A DNA stretch of 64,000 nt, taken from Opitutales bacterium. Its GTDB lineage: Bacteria > Verrucomicrobiota > Verrucomicrobiia > Opitutales > JABSRG01. The position numbers were made by a program, and so were the translations under genes. Of the stretch, positions 30,414-40,815 are shown one piece after another. The notes under the pieces are model-generated. The model did not search any database. It was given only the letters and a program-made list of their open reading frames with translations, and was not told the origin of the DNA. Numbering within the stretch: the stretch's first letter is position 1; each line of letters opens with the position of its first letter. The stretch is from assembly GCA_049599475.1 (NCBI GenBank), contig JBMYOQ010000006.1:32001-96000 (forward strand), written 5' to 3'.

Positions 30414-30427
30414 GTATTTTTGATTTT

Positions 30428-30958
30428 ATGAATACTAAAAAACTAAATTCTGGGGGAACGTTTCCCGAAATAGAGCTCCCCCTTGTTGGAGGAGGAACCG
30501 CCGTCCTTGGGCGCGCAGATGAAGTAGGCAAATGGCGTCTCGTTTTCGTCTACCGAGGACTGCATTGTCCGATTTGTCACAAATATCTGAAGAAGCTGGA
30601 TTCCTTGCGGAATGGATTCGAGGAGGCGAATGCCGAGATCATTATCGTATCTGGGGATCCGCGCGAAAAAGCGGAGGCTATGGTGAGTGAAGAGGGTTTG
30701 AGCCTGAAAACTGCCTATGGACTCAGTGTTGAGCAGATGAAAGCACTCGGGCTTTGGATTTCTGAGCCGCGTTCACCACAGGAGACCGATCGGCCTTTCG
30801 CTGAGCCCGGCCTCTTTGGGATTAATGGAGACGGGCGCATTCACCTGATCGATCAATCGAATACACCCTTCAATCGTTCAGACCTCGCGGAGCTATTGGA
30901 TACAGTGATCTGGATCCAAGAAAATGATTATCCAATCCGGGGGACTTTTGCTCAATAG
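30428..30958 (+). CDS. AhpC/TSA-like redoxin (peroxiredoxin-like family)
   Basis: YRGLHCPIC and PFAEPGLF motifs. Confidence 0.9.
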   Translation: MNTKKLNSGGTFPEIELPLVGGGTAVLGRADEVGKWRLVFVYRGLHCPICHKYLKKLDSLRNGFEEANAEIIIVSGDPREKAEAMVSEEGLSLKTAYGLSVEQMKALGLWISEPRSPQETDRPFAEPGLFGINGDGRIHLIDQSNTPFNRSDLAELLDTVIWIQENDYPIRGTFAQ

Positions 30959-30963
30959 CCCTT

Positions 30964-31560
30964 ATGAAAAACATATACATAATTAATGCGCACCAGCCGT
31001 ATCCATTTTCGGAAGGTAAATTGAATGCCAGTCTGGTTGCTAGGGCTGCAGGCTATCTCTCTGATCAAGGGTATGCTGTGAAAAGTATCACAATGAAAGA
31101 TACATACGATGTGGATACAGAGATTGAAAAACACATCTGGGCAGATGTTATCATTCTTCAGAGCCCCGTGAATTGGATGGGAGTGCCTTGGTCCTTTAAG
31201 AAATATATGGACGAGGTGTATTCCTATGGGATGGATGGTCGGCTGTGTTCTGGGGATGGTCGGACACGTCAAGACCCGACCAGGCAATATGGACAAGGCG
31301 GATCTCTTGAGGGAAAGAAGTATGCGCTTTCACTGACATTCAATGCCCCGAAGGATAGCTTTAATGATCCTGACCAATATCTATTTCAAGGTAAGAGCGT
31401 AGATGATCTCTTTCTCCCGACACATATGAATTTCCGCTTTTTGGGGATGAGCCCATTGGAAACGTTTGCGTGTTATGATGTCATGAAAAATGGAGACATT
31501 GAAAATGACTTTACGCGGTTTGACGCGTATTTGAAAAAGCATTTTCCCAAGGTGCTTTAG
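30964..31560 (+). CDS. mdaB: NAD(P)H-dependent quinone oxidoreductase, flavodoxin-like (MdaB family)
   Basis: [26 protein letters not shown] and DVMKN motifs. Confidence 0.88.
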   Translation: MKNIYIINAHQPYPFSEGKLNASLVARAAGYLSDQGYAVKSITMKDTYDVDTEIEKHIWADVIILQSPVNWMGVPWSFKKYMDEVYSYGMDGRLCSGDGRTRQDPTRQYGQGGSLEGKKYALSLTFNAPKDSFNDPDQYLFQGKSVDDLFLPTHMNFRFLGMSPLETFACYDVMKNGDIENDFTRFDAYLKKHFPKVL

Positions 31561-31593
31561 TATATACTGATTTCTAGCCATTTTTATTGTTTT

Positions 31594-31674
31594 GGTAGGG
31601 CGAACTGTCTCGGTGATATATTGCAGGTGAGTCTAGTCTGCCGTGGCTTGCTCACCAAGACGGTTCGCCCTACC
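31594..31674. repeat. GTAG-type REP doublet, second sequence class
   Basis: GGTAGGGCGAACTGTCTCGGTGA ... TCACCAAGACGGTTCGCCCTACC. Confidence 0.8.
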
Positions 31675-31704
31675 GATATGTTTTGTACCTATTCTTAAAA
31701 GTGT

Positions 31705-32144
31705 GTTCGCATTGAGCTCAAATTATAATCGTGAGTTTTCCGGGAGGGACGCTGTCCTCGACGGAGGCTTGCCGGAGATGGCGCAGCAATGGCGCTGCGA
31801 TTAGGATGATGTCATCGGTAGCGGCCGATCTCCGAGCGGCCGAATGCTGCGTATCAGCTGGGCGAAATTGCTGTCTTCAACCGCTCGGAGATCGGTTGCT
31901 ACCCCATTTCTTCTCTAAGGGCAGCGCCATCTCCGCTGTCCTCAGCGTCCGCAGAGCCGATCGCAGCGAGAGGCTGTCTCAAAAGAGGTGGCGCCGGATC
32001 ACCGTATCCGGCATGAGCGCGTTAGCCCAAACGACTAGTGCGACTAAGGTCGAGTCATGCTCACTCGGTGAGCGCGCGCTACCAAAAATAGGGATTTATC
32101 CGAGTTTTGAGACAACCTGGGCATTGTCCCTCCCAGGTTTACGA
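31705..32144. mobile_element. Composite non-autonomous repeat, copy B (arms reversed relative to copy A, core 31762-31931, nested MITE)
   Basis: Segment-by-segment match to 9123-9417; contains a REP doublet at 31817-31903. Confidence 0.85.
31971..32118. mobile_element. 148-bp MITE-like insert with 14-bp terminal inverted repeats
   Basis: AGGCTGTCTCAAAA ... TTTTGAGACAACCT (13/14 match); absent from the homologous arm of copy A. Confidence 0.75.
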
Positions 32145-32296
32145 AATTAATTTTGCGAAAGAGTCTAAAGCTGCCGGAGCCTACAAGAATTGGTATTTGT
32201 TCACCGGGGGTCTGTAAGGCTCGTTAAATTATGTAGCACGCTAGAGAAAGGCACCGTTCTGTATTTGAGTCCTTGCTCGATGTATTTGTTGGGTTG

Positions 32297-33829
32297 CTAC
32301 AAATACTCGAGCAGGTCTGTTGTCGCGATGTGTTTTTCTCCTTTGGTGCGGGCTAGGCGGTCTGCCGCTCGTCCGTGTATGGCGGTTGCGTAGCTAGCGG
32401 CGTGTTCTAGAGCATCTGGGCGAGCCGCTGCGGCACCAGCGACTAAACCTGCTAGAATGTCTCCGCTTCCCCCTCGGGCGAGCACGGGACTACCAAAAGG
32501 AATCAAAGTCGAATCGGATTCTGAGTGGATCCAGGTGCGTGGGCCTTTTTCCACGACAATCCCACCCACTAGAGCTGCGAGCTCTCGTGGAGGTAGGTCG
32601 CCGGATATTCGACTCATTTCGCCTGCGTGGGGTGTGAGTATAGTCCCGGGTCGATTGTCTTTAGATGCGGATGCCGCTTCTATGTTTTCCTGTTGGAGCG
32701 CATCTGCATCGAGGATCAGTGGAATGTCTTCAAGCTCTTCAATCATGGATTGAATTAAGTCCTGGGTGCTTTGGCTGCGGCCCATGCCGGGACCTATGAG
32801 AAGGGATGATGCTCTCGAGATGTGTTTTCGGATGACAGGCATCGCTTGTAGGTCGAGATCTCCTGAGATTGATTCAGGAAGTGGAACCCACATAGCTTCG
32901 GGAAGTTGTATGGAAGCTTGGATACAAATTGATTCTGGCGCGCAGACAGTTACAAGGCCGACTCCGGAGCGAATCGCGGCCTGAGTAGCCATGATTAGCG
33001 CGCCTGGCATGCGCCGAGAGCCTGCGATCAAAAAGACGTGTCCGAATGTCCTCTTATCGGTATTACATGGTCTGGCAGAAGGTAATAGGGATTTCGGTGA
33101 AAGGACGTGATCAGAATTGGAGTCGTCGGTGTTTTCGAAGAAATCTAGATCGATCATCCTTAACCTGCCGACCTCCCGGCAAGGTGCGTAGGTAGGCAGA
33201 GTTTTTAGAATGCCCGTAGCGTAGGTCAGGTCGCTTCGGAAATGGTTTGTAGAGTAGTTTGCCGATGCCTCGCTTAAGCCGGAAGGCATATCGACTGCGA
33301 CGCGAAGCCGTATAGCGTCCGAGTCGTTTATGAGCGTAATGAGTGCTTCGGGAAACCCGCGAAGGGGCGGCCGGAAACTCATCCCAAAAATGCCATCTAG
33401 CACGATCGGGCACTCAGTGCTTTCGATTGCCTTTTGGAGGGCGTTTTCCCATGCATCCTCGTTGTTTAGATCGATAATTCTGAAGATCTCAGCCGTGTTT
33501 TGAAGGGTTTCGAAGGCTCTGAATACAGGATCGCTCCATGAGTTGGGATTCCAGCAGCAAAACAAGGAGACGCGACAATCCGGCCACGAATCGGCAAAGG
33601 CTGAAGCAGCATAAAGTGCATCGCCAGTGTTGTTTCCTTTACCAAGTAGAAGAATGAGGTCGGGTGATTCCTCCTCTTCTATGAAGGTGTATACGTCTTG
33701 CGCGAGGTGCTTGCCGAGTTCGATGCCGGCTCGCCGCATGGCTGCTTCTTCGCGTTCTAAATCGTTGTTGAAAAAAGCGGCCTCGTATTGCTGCGCTTCT
33801 TTACAGGTCAGGATGGGGAGTCTATGCAT
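32297..33829 (-). CDS. nnr: Bifunctional NAD(P)HX epimerase/dehydratase (YjeF)
   Basis: GKGNNTGD, DMPSG, GPGMG, DADAL, TPHAGEM and GGSGDILAG motifs. Confidence 0.94.
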   Translation of the reverse strand: MHRLPILTCKEAQQYEAAFFNNDLEREEAAMRRAGIELGKHLAQDVYTFIEEEESPDLILLLGKGNNTGDALYAASAFADSWPDCRVSLFCCWNPNSWSDPVFRAFETLQNTAEIFRIIDLNNEDAWENALQKAIESTECPIVLDGIFGMSFRPPLRGFPEALITLINDSDAIRLRVAVDMPSGLSEASANYSTNHFRSDLTYATGILKTLPTYAPCREVGRLRMIDLDFFENTDDSNSDHVLSPKSLLPSARPCNTDKRTFGHVFLIAGSRRMPGALIMATQAAIRSGVGLVTVCAPESICIQASIQLPEAMWVPLPESISGDLDLQAMPVIRKHISRASSLLIGPGMGRSQSTQDLIQSMIEELEDIPLILDADALQQENIEAASASKDNRPGTILTPHAGEMSRISGDLPPRELAALVGGIVVEKGPRTWIHSESDSTLIPFGSPVLARGGSGDILAGLVAGAAAARPDALEHAASYATAIHGRAADRLARTKGEKHIATTDLLEYL

Positions 33830-33854
33830 TTTGTATCGAGTCTATGATACAAAA

Positions 33855-34199
33855 TCATCCAGGAGGCCACTGGAGCGCGCGCCCTCCGAGTAGGTGGACA
33901 TGTAGGTGAGGCACTGTTTCACCGCCGTCTTCGCCATTATTGATTACAATGCGAAAGCCATTTTCGAGTCCGAGCTCGGCGGCCACTTTACGTGCTGTAA
34001 GGAGGAGGTGTCCGAGGGTTTCGGCGTCCGTTTCCTCCGCGAGAGCAAGCCGTGGAATGAGTTTTTTTGGAATGACGAGGACGTGAGTCGGCGCTTGTGG
34101 AGAGATATCCCGAATGGCTATGCACTTGTCATCCTCATGGAGAATTGTCGCAGGTATCTCACGCAGAATGATTTTTTCGAAAATCGTTTTGGCTGACAT
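33855..34199 (-). CDS. hinT: Histidine triad nucleotide-binding protein
   Basis: HLHVHLLGGR and WPPG motifs. Confidence 0.96.
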   Translation of the reverse strand: MSAKTIFEKIILREIPATILHEDDKCIAIRDISPQAPTHVLVIPKKLIPRLALAEETDAETLGHLLLTARKVAAELGLENGFRIVINNGEDGGETVPHLHVHLLGGRALQWPPG

Positions 34200-34264
34200 G
34201 ACTTGCAGGATGCCTGATTCTATAGGTGCAGATCAATGAAAAATGGAAGCTCCGTCGATTGGGG

Positions 34265-35962
34265 CTATTCTACGTCTGCGCCTAAGATAAATAAGGGCAC
34301 TTCTGTGATACGCTCCTCTACGTCCGCAGGTAATAGCTCGACGGGCGCGGTGCTGGTGACTCCCGCATCTCGGATGGGGGCGACGACTCCGATTGTCTTA
34401 GAGGATGGCAAACCTTGCACCCATTCTCGGGCGACACCGTCAATTTCGTCCCAAATGAGGTAAATTGGGTCTTTTACCGGGAAATCAAACCGATAGACCC
34501 CTTTACCGATTTCCGTCGCAGCCTCAAAACCGCGGATGAGATCGATCATCATGGCGTAGGTGAAATAGGCAGGCTTGCGTCCGTCTTGGTTGAATACGAC
34601 TTCCGACCAGCCATCGACATAGGTCAGAGGGTTGGGGAGGGCGCGATTATCAATGAGGGCGTTGCGCTGATAGTTGGCTTCGAAGTTTACTTCAGGATTT
34701 CCGGCGGCGTAGAAGAAGCTTTTTAGACCGGATGCGAATCCGATGGCGTGTAGTTTCAGGAGGTAGTCTGCCTGAATGCCCATGTGGTAGGGGGCAAGAT
34801 TAGTGCCGTCCTCACAGTAGCTCGGATCGGTGTCTCCCGGTGCTTGTAAACCAAGTAGGGGGAAATAATAATAGGGGCCGGATATCTCGAGGCCCCATAT
34901 TTCGACATCGGTTTCAGGAGGCATCTTGTCTCTCAGGAATTGCACGGCTTCCTGTAGGAGGTAGGGATCTTCTCGGACGCGGAAATGAAAATCGACGATG
35001 TCTGCCTTGGGGACCGTGTTCCACATCAAGTATTCGAATTTCTCTTCGTAGGCAGCTCGATAATCTTTGTCTGCCTGAGGCGCCGTTTCTAGCCCTTCGG
35101 GGGTGAGGACGCGGTATGTGCAGTCGTCTCCGTTCTCAACGAATCCAGCCCGGACATAGCCCTCCTCGAGCATGTGGGGTTTGGAGGGATTCATGGCGCC
35201 GATAACGATGAATGCTTCCGGGTCTGCGGCCTTGATGACCGCTTTCATTTCATCGAAATGGGCGTCCAGTGTGGGACCATCTGCTAGAGCGTAAGGAGGC
35301 CGCGCAGTTGGGTCTCCGTAGACGTATATGGTGTGTAGCCACTCTTGCTCGATTTGCCAGTGCTTCACCGGATAGTTGGTGATAGCGTCTTGCAACTCTT
35401 CATCAGGGTAAAGGCCGTCTCCCGGAAAGTAGCAATCTGTGGTGTTGCCAGCAATATTTACCAGGCAGCCGTAATCGTCGTCGCCATCATATCGCTCGAC
35501 CATGGCTGATACAAATCGCTTCCACATCTCAAGTTCTTCGCCAGTCGGCAGAATGTAGTCCATGTCATACTCATCACTCGTGAATTTTGACTGGAGGGTT
35601 GCGATTGATTGACGGTCTACGCCATTACGTGCGCTGAAAAGGATAATTTCATCGTACTTTGTGAAGAGGGCTCGAATGCCATTTCGAGCTCGATCCGGGG
35701 ATATTGGGATGTCTCCAAATATTTGATAAGCAGTAATGATGTCTCGGTGGTCGATGACCATTCCGAACTCTTCAAACATCGTATCCTCGAGTGTGCCGCC
35801 GGAGTGAATAGCGAAGGGCCCAAAATTTCCAATGCCCTGGAAGGGTTCGCTATCTTGGGCGCTTACCGGCGTGATGTAAAGCGACGCCGCTGTGAGTATG
35901 GCGCCACTTTGGGTAAAACGTTTGAGACAGGATGGCAGTAAACCAGAGAGTTTGTTTTTCAT
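34265..35962 (-). CDS. Secreted protein, probable clan GH-A-like TIM-barrel hydrolase
   Basis: Signal peptide (start MKNKL); VERYDGD, HWQIEQE, IKAADPEA, DIVDFH, IWGLE and KPAYFTY patterns. Confidence 0.6.
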   Translation of the reverse strand: MKNKLSGLLPSCLKRFTQSGAILTAASLYITPVSAQDSEPFQGIGNFGPFAIHSGGTLEDTMFEEFGMVIDHRDIITAYQIFGDIPISPDRARNGIRALFTKYDEIILFSARNGVDRQSIATLQSKFTSDEYDMDYILPTGEELEMWKRFVSAMVERYDGDDDYGCLVNIAGNTTDCYFPGDGLYPDEELQDAITNYPVKHWQIEQEWLHTIYVYGDPTARPPYALADGPTLDAHFDEMKAVIKAADPEAFIVIGAMNPSKPHMLEEGYVRAGFVENGDDCTYRVLTPEGLETAPQADKDYRAAYEEKFEYLMWNTVPKADIVDFHFRVREDPYLLQEAVQFLRDKMPPETDVEIWGLEISGPYYYFPLLGLQAPGDTDPSYCEDGTNLAPYHMGIQADYLLKLHAIGFASGLKSFFYAAGNPEVNFEANYQRNALIDNRALPNPLTYVDGWSEVVFNQDGRKPAYFTYAMMIDLIRGFEAATEIGKGVYRFDFPVKDPIYLIWDEIDGVAREWVQGLPSSKTIGVVAPIRDAGVTSTAPVELLPADVEERITEVPLFILGADVE

Positions 35963-36155
35963 ATTAACGGAAAATGCAGAAAGGCCTCGAAGATGAGAGT
36001 CAGAGCAGGGCGTCGTATAGGGAACTACGCACTTGATACGCCATTTCCAATGAGAATTTTCTGTCCTCAGTGGATATAACAGATTTGTGACGCTTTTATT
36101 AAGTCGATAGGGTTTCTTGACCTCCGCGCAGCCTTGATACCATCTATGGGGTATC

Positions 36156-37379
36156 ATGGTTCGTATTGTATGCGTCGGGTTATTTAGCCTGCTATTCTTA
36201 GTCGCTTGTAAAGAACAGTCATCAGGGGGTGGAGTGGGGCCGGGTCCTACTCAACCTGTGGTTGTATCAGACCAGGGGAGTTCGCTTCCAAATGAAGGTG
36301 GTATCGGAGCAAGTAAATCTTTGAAGATTGGTTTGCATGGATTGCCCAATCCCAACCTGCTGCGCCAGACAGGCGCGGGAGGTTTGCGAATGATCGTCTC
36401 GGATACTGAGCTAAAGCAGATCCTCAGCGGCAAGGGTGGGCCCAAAGCACAGGCGGCCATGAAAATGGTGCAGCAATTACATTCCCAAGGGGCTCATGTA
36501 GTGGTGAGCCTGCGCTTTCCTGACCGAGACGGCCCTGAGAGCACTTCGAGTGTGCGCCCGCGCTTTGACCGAATTCCCAAGGGGCAGGACCGCACCGAGA
36601 CGATTCAGTTGGTGCGGCGCTTCTTAAGGCAGGCGGGACCTTTTCTATACGGAGTGCAATTGAATAACGAGCCGGTGGGTGGCCCTGGGCAATATGCGAT
36701 GAAGGATATGGACCCTCGTGGAAATGCATGGAGCCCAGCCACCCAATGGTTTATCGATCTAGTGAATGTTATTCGTGAAGAGCGTGCGAGTAATCGCCGT
36801 TTATCTAATCTCAAAATTGTATCGCCGGGCTTTGCGGGAATCGGCGAATATTTGAGAGGGAAGCGTTTTCCGAAAGCCTATTTGGCTTTCACTGAGGAAC
36901 TGATCCGGTTTTCAAACGAATATACGGAGCTCTTGGATGTGCATTTACACGTCGAGGATGTTGAGCAAGTCCGCGAAATCGTGGAATACATGCGGAAGCA
37001 GTCTTCGCTGCCGTTCATCACTCTTGAGTGGTCGCAGGCGCGCGGTGTCTTTGGATGGATGAAAGAACGGGTCCAAGTGCCTGGCTACCGGGGTACAAAT
37101 GAGGATTTCATTCGTCAGGCTTACAGAAATCCAGTAACACCGGATGTCTGGCGTACCTTCATGGAGTCTTCTCCGCTCGACCCTCATTTCGTGAGGGAGA
37201 GTTTCCCGATACTGCGTGATGCAGGCTTTGTTTTTGTCTGTTATGGACCATCCATTCAGTATGGGGACCCCCCTTTCGATATGGTCTGCTTGTTTGCAGC
37301 AAAAACAGTAAAATCGTCTGGAGGACGTGTCCCACGCAATGAGTTTTGGTTCGGGCAATATCAGAAGTTAGTGCGCTGA
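36156..37379 (+). CDS. Lipoprotein, probable clan GH-A-like hydrolase
   Basis: Lipobox LVAC; QLNNEP, LDVHLH and ITLEWS patterns. Confidence 0.6.
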   Translation: MVRIVCVGLFSLLFLVACKEQSSGGGVGPGPTQPVVVSDQGSSLPNEGGIGASKSLKIGLHGLPNPNLLRQTGAGGLRMIVSDTELKQILSGKGGPKAQAAMKMVQQLHSQGAHVVVSLRFPDRDGPESTSSVRPRFDRIPKGQDRTETIQLVRRFLRQAGPFLYGVQLNNEPVGGPGQYAMKDMDPRGNAWSPATQWFIDLVNVIREERASNRRLSNLKIVSPGFAGIGEYLRGKRFPKAYLAFTEELIRFSNEYTELLDVHLHVEDVEQVREIVEYMRKQSSLPFITLEWSQARGVFGWMKERVQVPGYRGTNEDFIRQAYRNPVTPDVWRTFMESSPLDPHFVRESFPILRDAGFVFVCYGPSIQYGDPPFDMVCLFAAKTVKSSGGRVPRNEFWFGQYQKLVR

Positions 37380-37597
37380 CCTTTGATGAGAGATCGCCCT
37401 CATCGGATTCAAATTTTTTAACGATTGAGGTATCTGATTTGCTGCTAGTGTTTACGAGGCTGCGTTGTATTGACTTCCGTGGACTCGCCCTTTGAAACAT
37501 CGTTAAATACGTCGTTGCTAAATGTATTTGGCGTTTCAATCGTTTCGGTTCTGCTCTGACTCTTAATTCTCATCTGCAATTCCTATCCTGACTATAA

Positions 37598-39703
37598 ATG
37601 TATACGGACGTTCGATCACTGTTGCGTAGTGTTTTTGCTGCGACAACGGGCCTATTGCTACTTTCAGTGAATCTTCTGAGCCACCCTGGCCAAGCAGGCA
37701 GTGGAGATCCTGGCCAAGCCTTTGGGTTTGCATCTTTCAGTCCTCACGGAGATGAGCTGGAGCGTCTTCTTGAAAAAGGAGGGGTGTCTTTGGACAGCCA
37801 GTCGTTCCCGACGGTGGAAAATGTATTTATCTTCGTCTTAGACGGTCTGCGGGCGAGCGAAGGAATTAACGATCCGGAGCATGCGTTAATACCCAATATC
37901 TGGAATCGGCTCCGACCGCTGGGCACGCTCTATAATAATATCTATACCATGGGGCACTCCGCGACTTCGTCGGGGCACGGTGCAATCTTGTCGGGAAATA
38001 CATTATTCATGGGGAATACTGTGATTCCGGAATACGGAGTGGTTCCCCTCTTTCAAAATAACCCGAGCATTTTCCAGTATTTCCGGGAGCAGACGGGTGC
38101 TGCTGCGCGCGAGGCATGGATGATCAATGGTAAGGGGGATATCATCCAGTGGACTGGAGTTTGCAGGAATCCTTATTATCAACGGGACTTTGCTCCTTCA
38201 GTCGCCTTCAACATTGGCACCCTGGATCACGTCGTTTACGCAGAAGCGCGCAAGATTATCTCGCGGGACAAACCAAAATTGGCCCTGATCAATTTTCAAA
38301 ATGCAGACCTGTCCGCGCACCACAAACTCTGGGATTCCTACGTAGAGAATATTCAAAATGCGGACCAATTGATAGCTAACCTGATCCAAGCGATCGAATC
38401 CTCGGGGCATTACGCGGGCAAAACTGCTTATTTCATTACAACAGATCACGGGCGTCACCTCCCGGATGTATTGACGGGTTACCAAGATCACTATGGGAAC
38501 TGTTCTGGGTGTCGCGAAGTCTTCCTCTTGGCCATTGGCCCGAATATTAAGACTGGCCAAATCGTCACACGGCGTCGCCACTTACGTGATATTACCCCAA
38601 CGATTGGTAAGATGATGGGGTTGCAAACACCGCATGTCACCGGCTCTGTCATGGAAGAAATGTTTCAATTTGCTCCGGAGCCAGAAGAAGCCTCTCTGTA
38701 TTCTCCAGAGATGGCATCGGGTAACGGTGTTGAGCACTTGGCATTTGTCAGAACCTCCGACGGGTACGACGATATTTATTACCAGCGGCGATCCGCAGGC
38801 ACTGAAGCGTGGTCGGGCGCCCAGGTATTGAGCACCGAGAAAGAACTCCTGGCTCCTAAGATCTATGCCGATGGTGACCATGTCGCTGTAGTGTGGGCGC
38901 ATTACACGCCTGACGGAGAAAATAAGGTAGTCGTTCGTCAAAGTTTGGACGCCGGTCAGAGCTGGTCTGGTCCGCTCTACCTGGGGACTAATGATCCGTT
39001 TATTCCTGATTATGCGCCGGATCTAGTTGTCGATGACGGGGATGTCTATGTGGTCTGGGAGAACAATACGCGCAAAATTAATGCAGCGCAGATTCGCGGT
39101 CAGGCGGTTCTCTCGCGGCAAACATTGTCGGATTTCCCTTCCGAGCGCCCAACCTGCGTTAAGACTGAGGAGGGCGTCCTCGCTGTGTATCGAAAATACG
39201 ATACTGATTTGGAAAGCTTTAATCTCCGTGCTTGCCGGTTCGAAGATGGAGAATGGTTAGACCCTGTATACGCAGTAAGAACGGATAAGGATTCTATGCA
39301 GCCTGCGGTCGCTAAGACCTCTGAAGGGTTTACGATGGTATGGGCAGAGGAAGGGCATATTTCGAATTACAACGTGCTCGCTTCTGATTCTGTAGACGGT
39401 GTTACTTGGTCGACTCCTGAAGTCCTAGATGTCGCTACATTCGGTGCATGGCGCCCGGCGATTGAGTCATATGGCGGCCTCACTCAGGTCGCATTTGAAA
39501 GCTACGATGAGAAAGAGCCCACCGTCTGGGCGACATCGCGCACATCTGGTAGCACCTGGGGGTCCCCAGTTTTGGTCCCCGGCGTATCTGCAAATTCCGG
39601 CTTCCCTACCTTGCATATCGGGGGCGACGGAGCGATGGACCTTGTGGTAACGACTCTCCCCTGGCCCAAGGCTATCGAAGTGATCTCCTTGGATCAATTA
39701 TAG
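37598..39703 (+). CDS. Secreted alkaline-phosphatase-superfamily domain fused to a BNR/Asp-box beta-propeller-like domain
   Basis: LDGLR, D..AH, TTDHGRH and DITPT motifs; C-terminal SLDAGQSW and SVDGVTWS Asp-boxes. Confidence 0.75.
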   Translation: MYTDVRSLLRSVFAATTGLLLLSVNLLSHPGQAGSGDPGQAFGFASFSPHGDELERLLEKGGVSLDSQSFPTVENVFIFVLDGLRASEGINDPEHALIPNIWNRLRPLGTLYNNIYTMGHSATSSGHGAILSGNTLFMGNTVIPEYGVVPLFQNNPSIFQYFREQTGAAAREAWMINGKGDIIQWTGVCRNPYYQRDFAPSVAFNIGTLDHVVYAEARKIISRDKPKLALINFQNADLSAHHKLWDSYVENIQNADQLIANLIQAIESSGHYAGKTAYFITTDHGRHLPDVLTGYQDHYGNCSGCREVFLLAIGPNIKTGQIVTRRRHLRDITPTIGKMMGLQTPHVTGSVMEEMFQFAPEPEEASLYSPEMASGNGVEHLAFVRTSDGYDDIYYQRRSAGTEAWSGAQVLSTEKELLAPKIYADGDHVAVVWAHYTPDGENKVVVRQSLDAGQSWSGPLYLGTNDPFIPDYAPDLVVDDGDVYVVWENNTRKINAAQIRGQAVLSRQTLSDFPSERPTCVKTEEGVLAVYRKYDTDLESFNLRACRFEDGEWLDPVYAVRTDKDSMQPAVAKTSEGFTMVWAEEGHISNYNVLASDSVDGVTWSTPEVLDVATFGAWRPAIESYGGLTQVAFESYDEKEPTVWATSRTSGSTWGSPVLVPGVSANSGFPTLHIGGDGAMDLVVTTLPWPKAIEVISLDQL

Positions 39704-39772
39704 GAAAACGGGAACTCGGGCGTTCCGAGGTGAGCGGCCCCGATCTCGGTGAACCGAAGACTTTGTTTAAAG

Positions 39773-40249
39773 CTATACGAAAAGCAGGTTAAGCTTTGTG
39801 CGTTGCGTGCAATAGTTTAAGGCCAGGTTCTCGATGTATTCGACGGCTTGCTGATAACGCTGTTTGCGCGATTCGGTGAAGTATTTCCCCTTTGGGCAAA
39901 TCGAATTACGCAGGCCGACAACGATGAGACTTGCCTCGGGATAGCCCGCTATGCGGCGGAGCTGGTTTACGATCTGGTAGCGAATCCAGAGTGGATCGTA
40001 GTCGTGCTCGCGCAAATCCCAAACAGCGACGCCGTGGGTGTCACTTTTTTGGTCCAGATGCATCTGGATGAGTTCGCGGACTTCCTCGTCGAAGGGCTTA
40101 GCATTGCGCTTAAACGGATTGTCCTGATTTTGCGCGTAGCGCAGGGCGGCGGAAATTTGCTCAGCTTGGTAGGCGTCTGTGCCTGAAGCTGCTGAGAAGA
40201 GCTGATTGATAGTATGAAGTTTGGAGAAGCTGGCGGTGGTGGCATTCAT
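39773..40249 (-). CDS. Hypothetical protein
   Basis: 158-aa ORF co-oriented downstream of nrdR with protein-like composition. Confidence 0.7.
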   Translation of the reverse strand: MNATTASFSKLHTINQLFSAASGTDAYQAEQISAALRYAQNQDNPFKRNAKPFDEEVRELIQMHLDQKSDTHGVAVWDLREHDYDPLWIRYQIVNQLRRIAGYPEASLIVVGLRNSICPKGKYFTESRKQRYQQAVEYIENLALNYCTQRTKLNLLFV

Positions 40250-40335
40250 GACGCAAAGGATTCATATGGAATTATTGGCTGGTTCTATTGCTTGTTGAAT
40301 GACGCGGGGCGCCGTTGCTTCAGGAAACGTTGAGA

Positions 40336-40785
40336 TCAGAGTTCGCTGATTTCCCGACGTAGGTCGGATATTTCCTTAAAATCTTTATATACAATAGCAA
40401 AACGCACAAATGCAATCTTATCTATACGTTTCAGGTAGGTCATGATCTTCTCTGCGATATCCTTACTGGGAATTTCTAGCACATTCTCGTTGCGCAGTTG
40501 CTCAACTATCTCTGTGACCATCAGGTCTATCTGCTCGGCATCGACCTGAGTCTTCTCAGTGGCCTTGATGATGGATCCGCGGAGTTTTTCCAAGGAGAAA
40601 TCTTGGCTGGAGCCATCCGCCTTGCGCACTGGAAGTTCTTGGCTTTCAATAGTTTCGAGCGTTGTGAAGCGGTGCCTACAATCGGGGTTGAGGCACTCCC
40701 TGCGGCGCTTGATCGAGAGATCATTCTTGGCCGTTCGCGAGTCGATCACTTTATCGTTGGTGCTTCCGCAACGTGGGCAGCGCAT
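40336..40785 (-). CDS. nrdR: Transcriptional repressor NrdR
   Basis: MRCPRC, KVIDSR, RRREC, ATP-cone, and AFVRFAIVY motifs. Confidence 0.97.
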   Translation of the reverse strand: MRCPRCGSTNDKVIDSRTAKNDLSIKRRRECLNPDCRHRFTTLETIESQELPVRKADGSSQDFSLEKLRGSIIKATEKTQVDAEQIDLMVTEIVEQLRNENVLEIPSKDIAEKIMTYLKRIDKIAFVRFAIVYKDFKEISDLRREISEL

Positions 40786-40815
40786 GACGTTCGATGGGGG
40801 TAATTCGGAGAGTAT

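Noticed and set aside
31731..32150. 139-aa ORF from the track
   Set aside because: It runs through the nested repeat elements and has no protein-like features.
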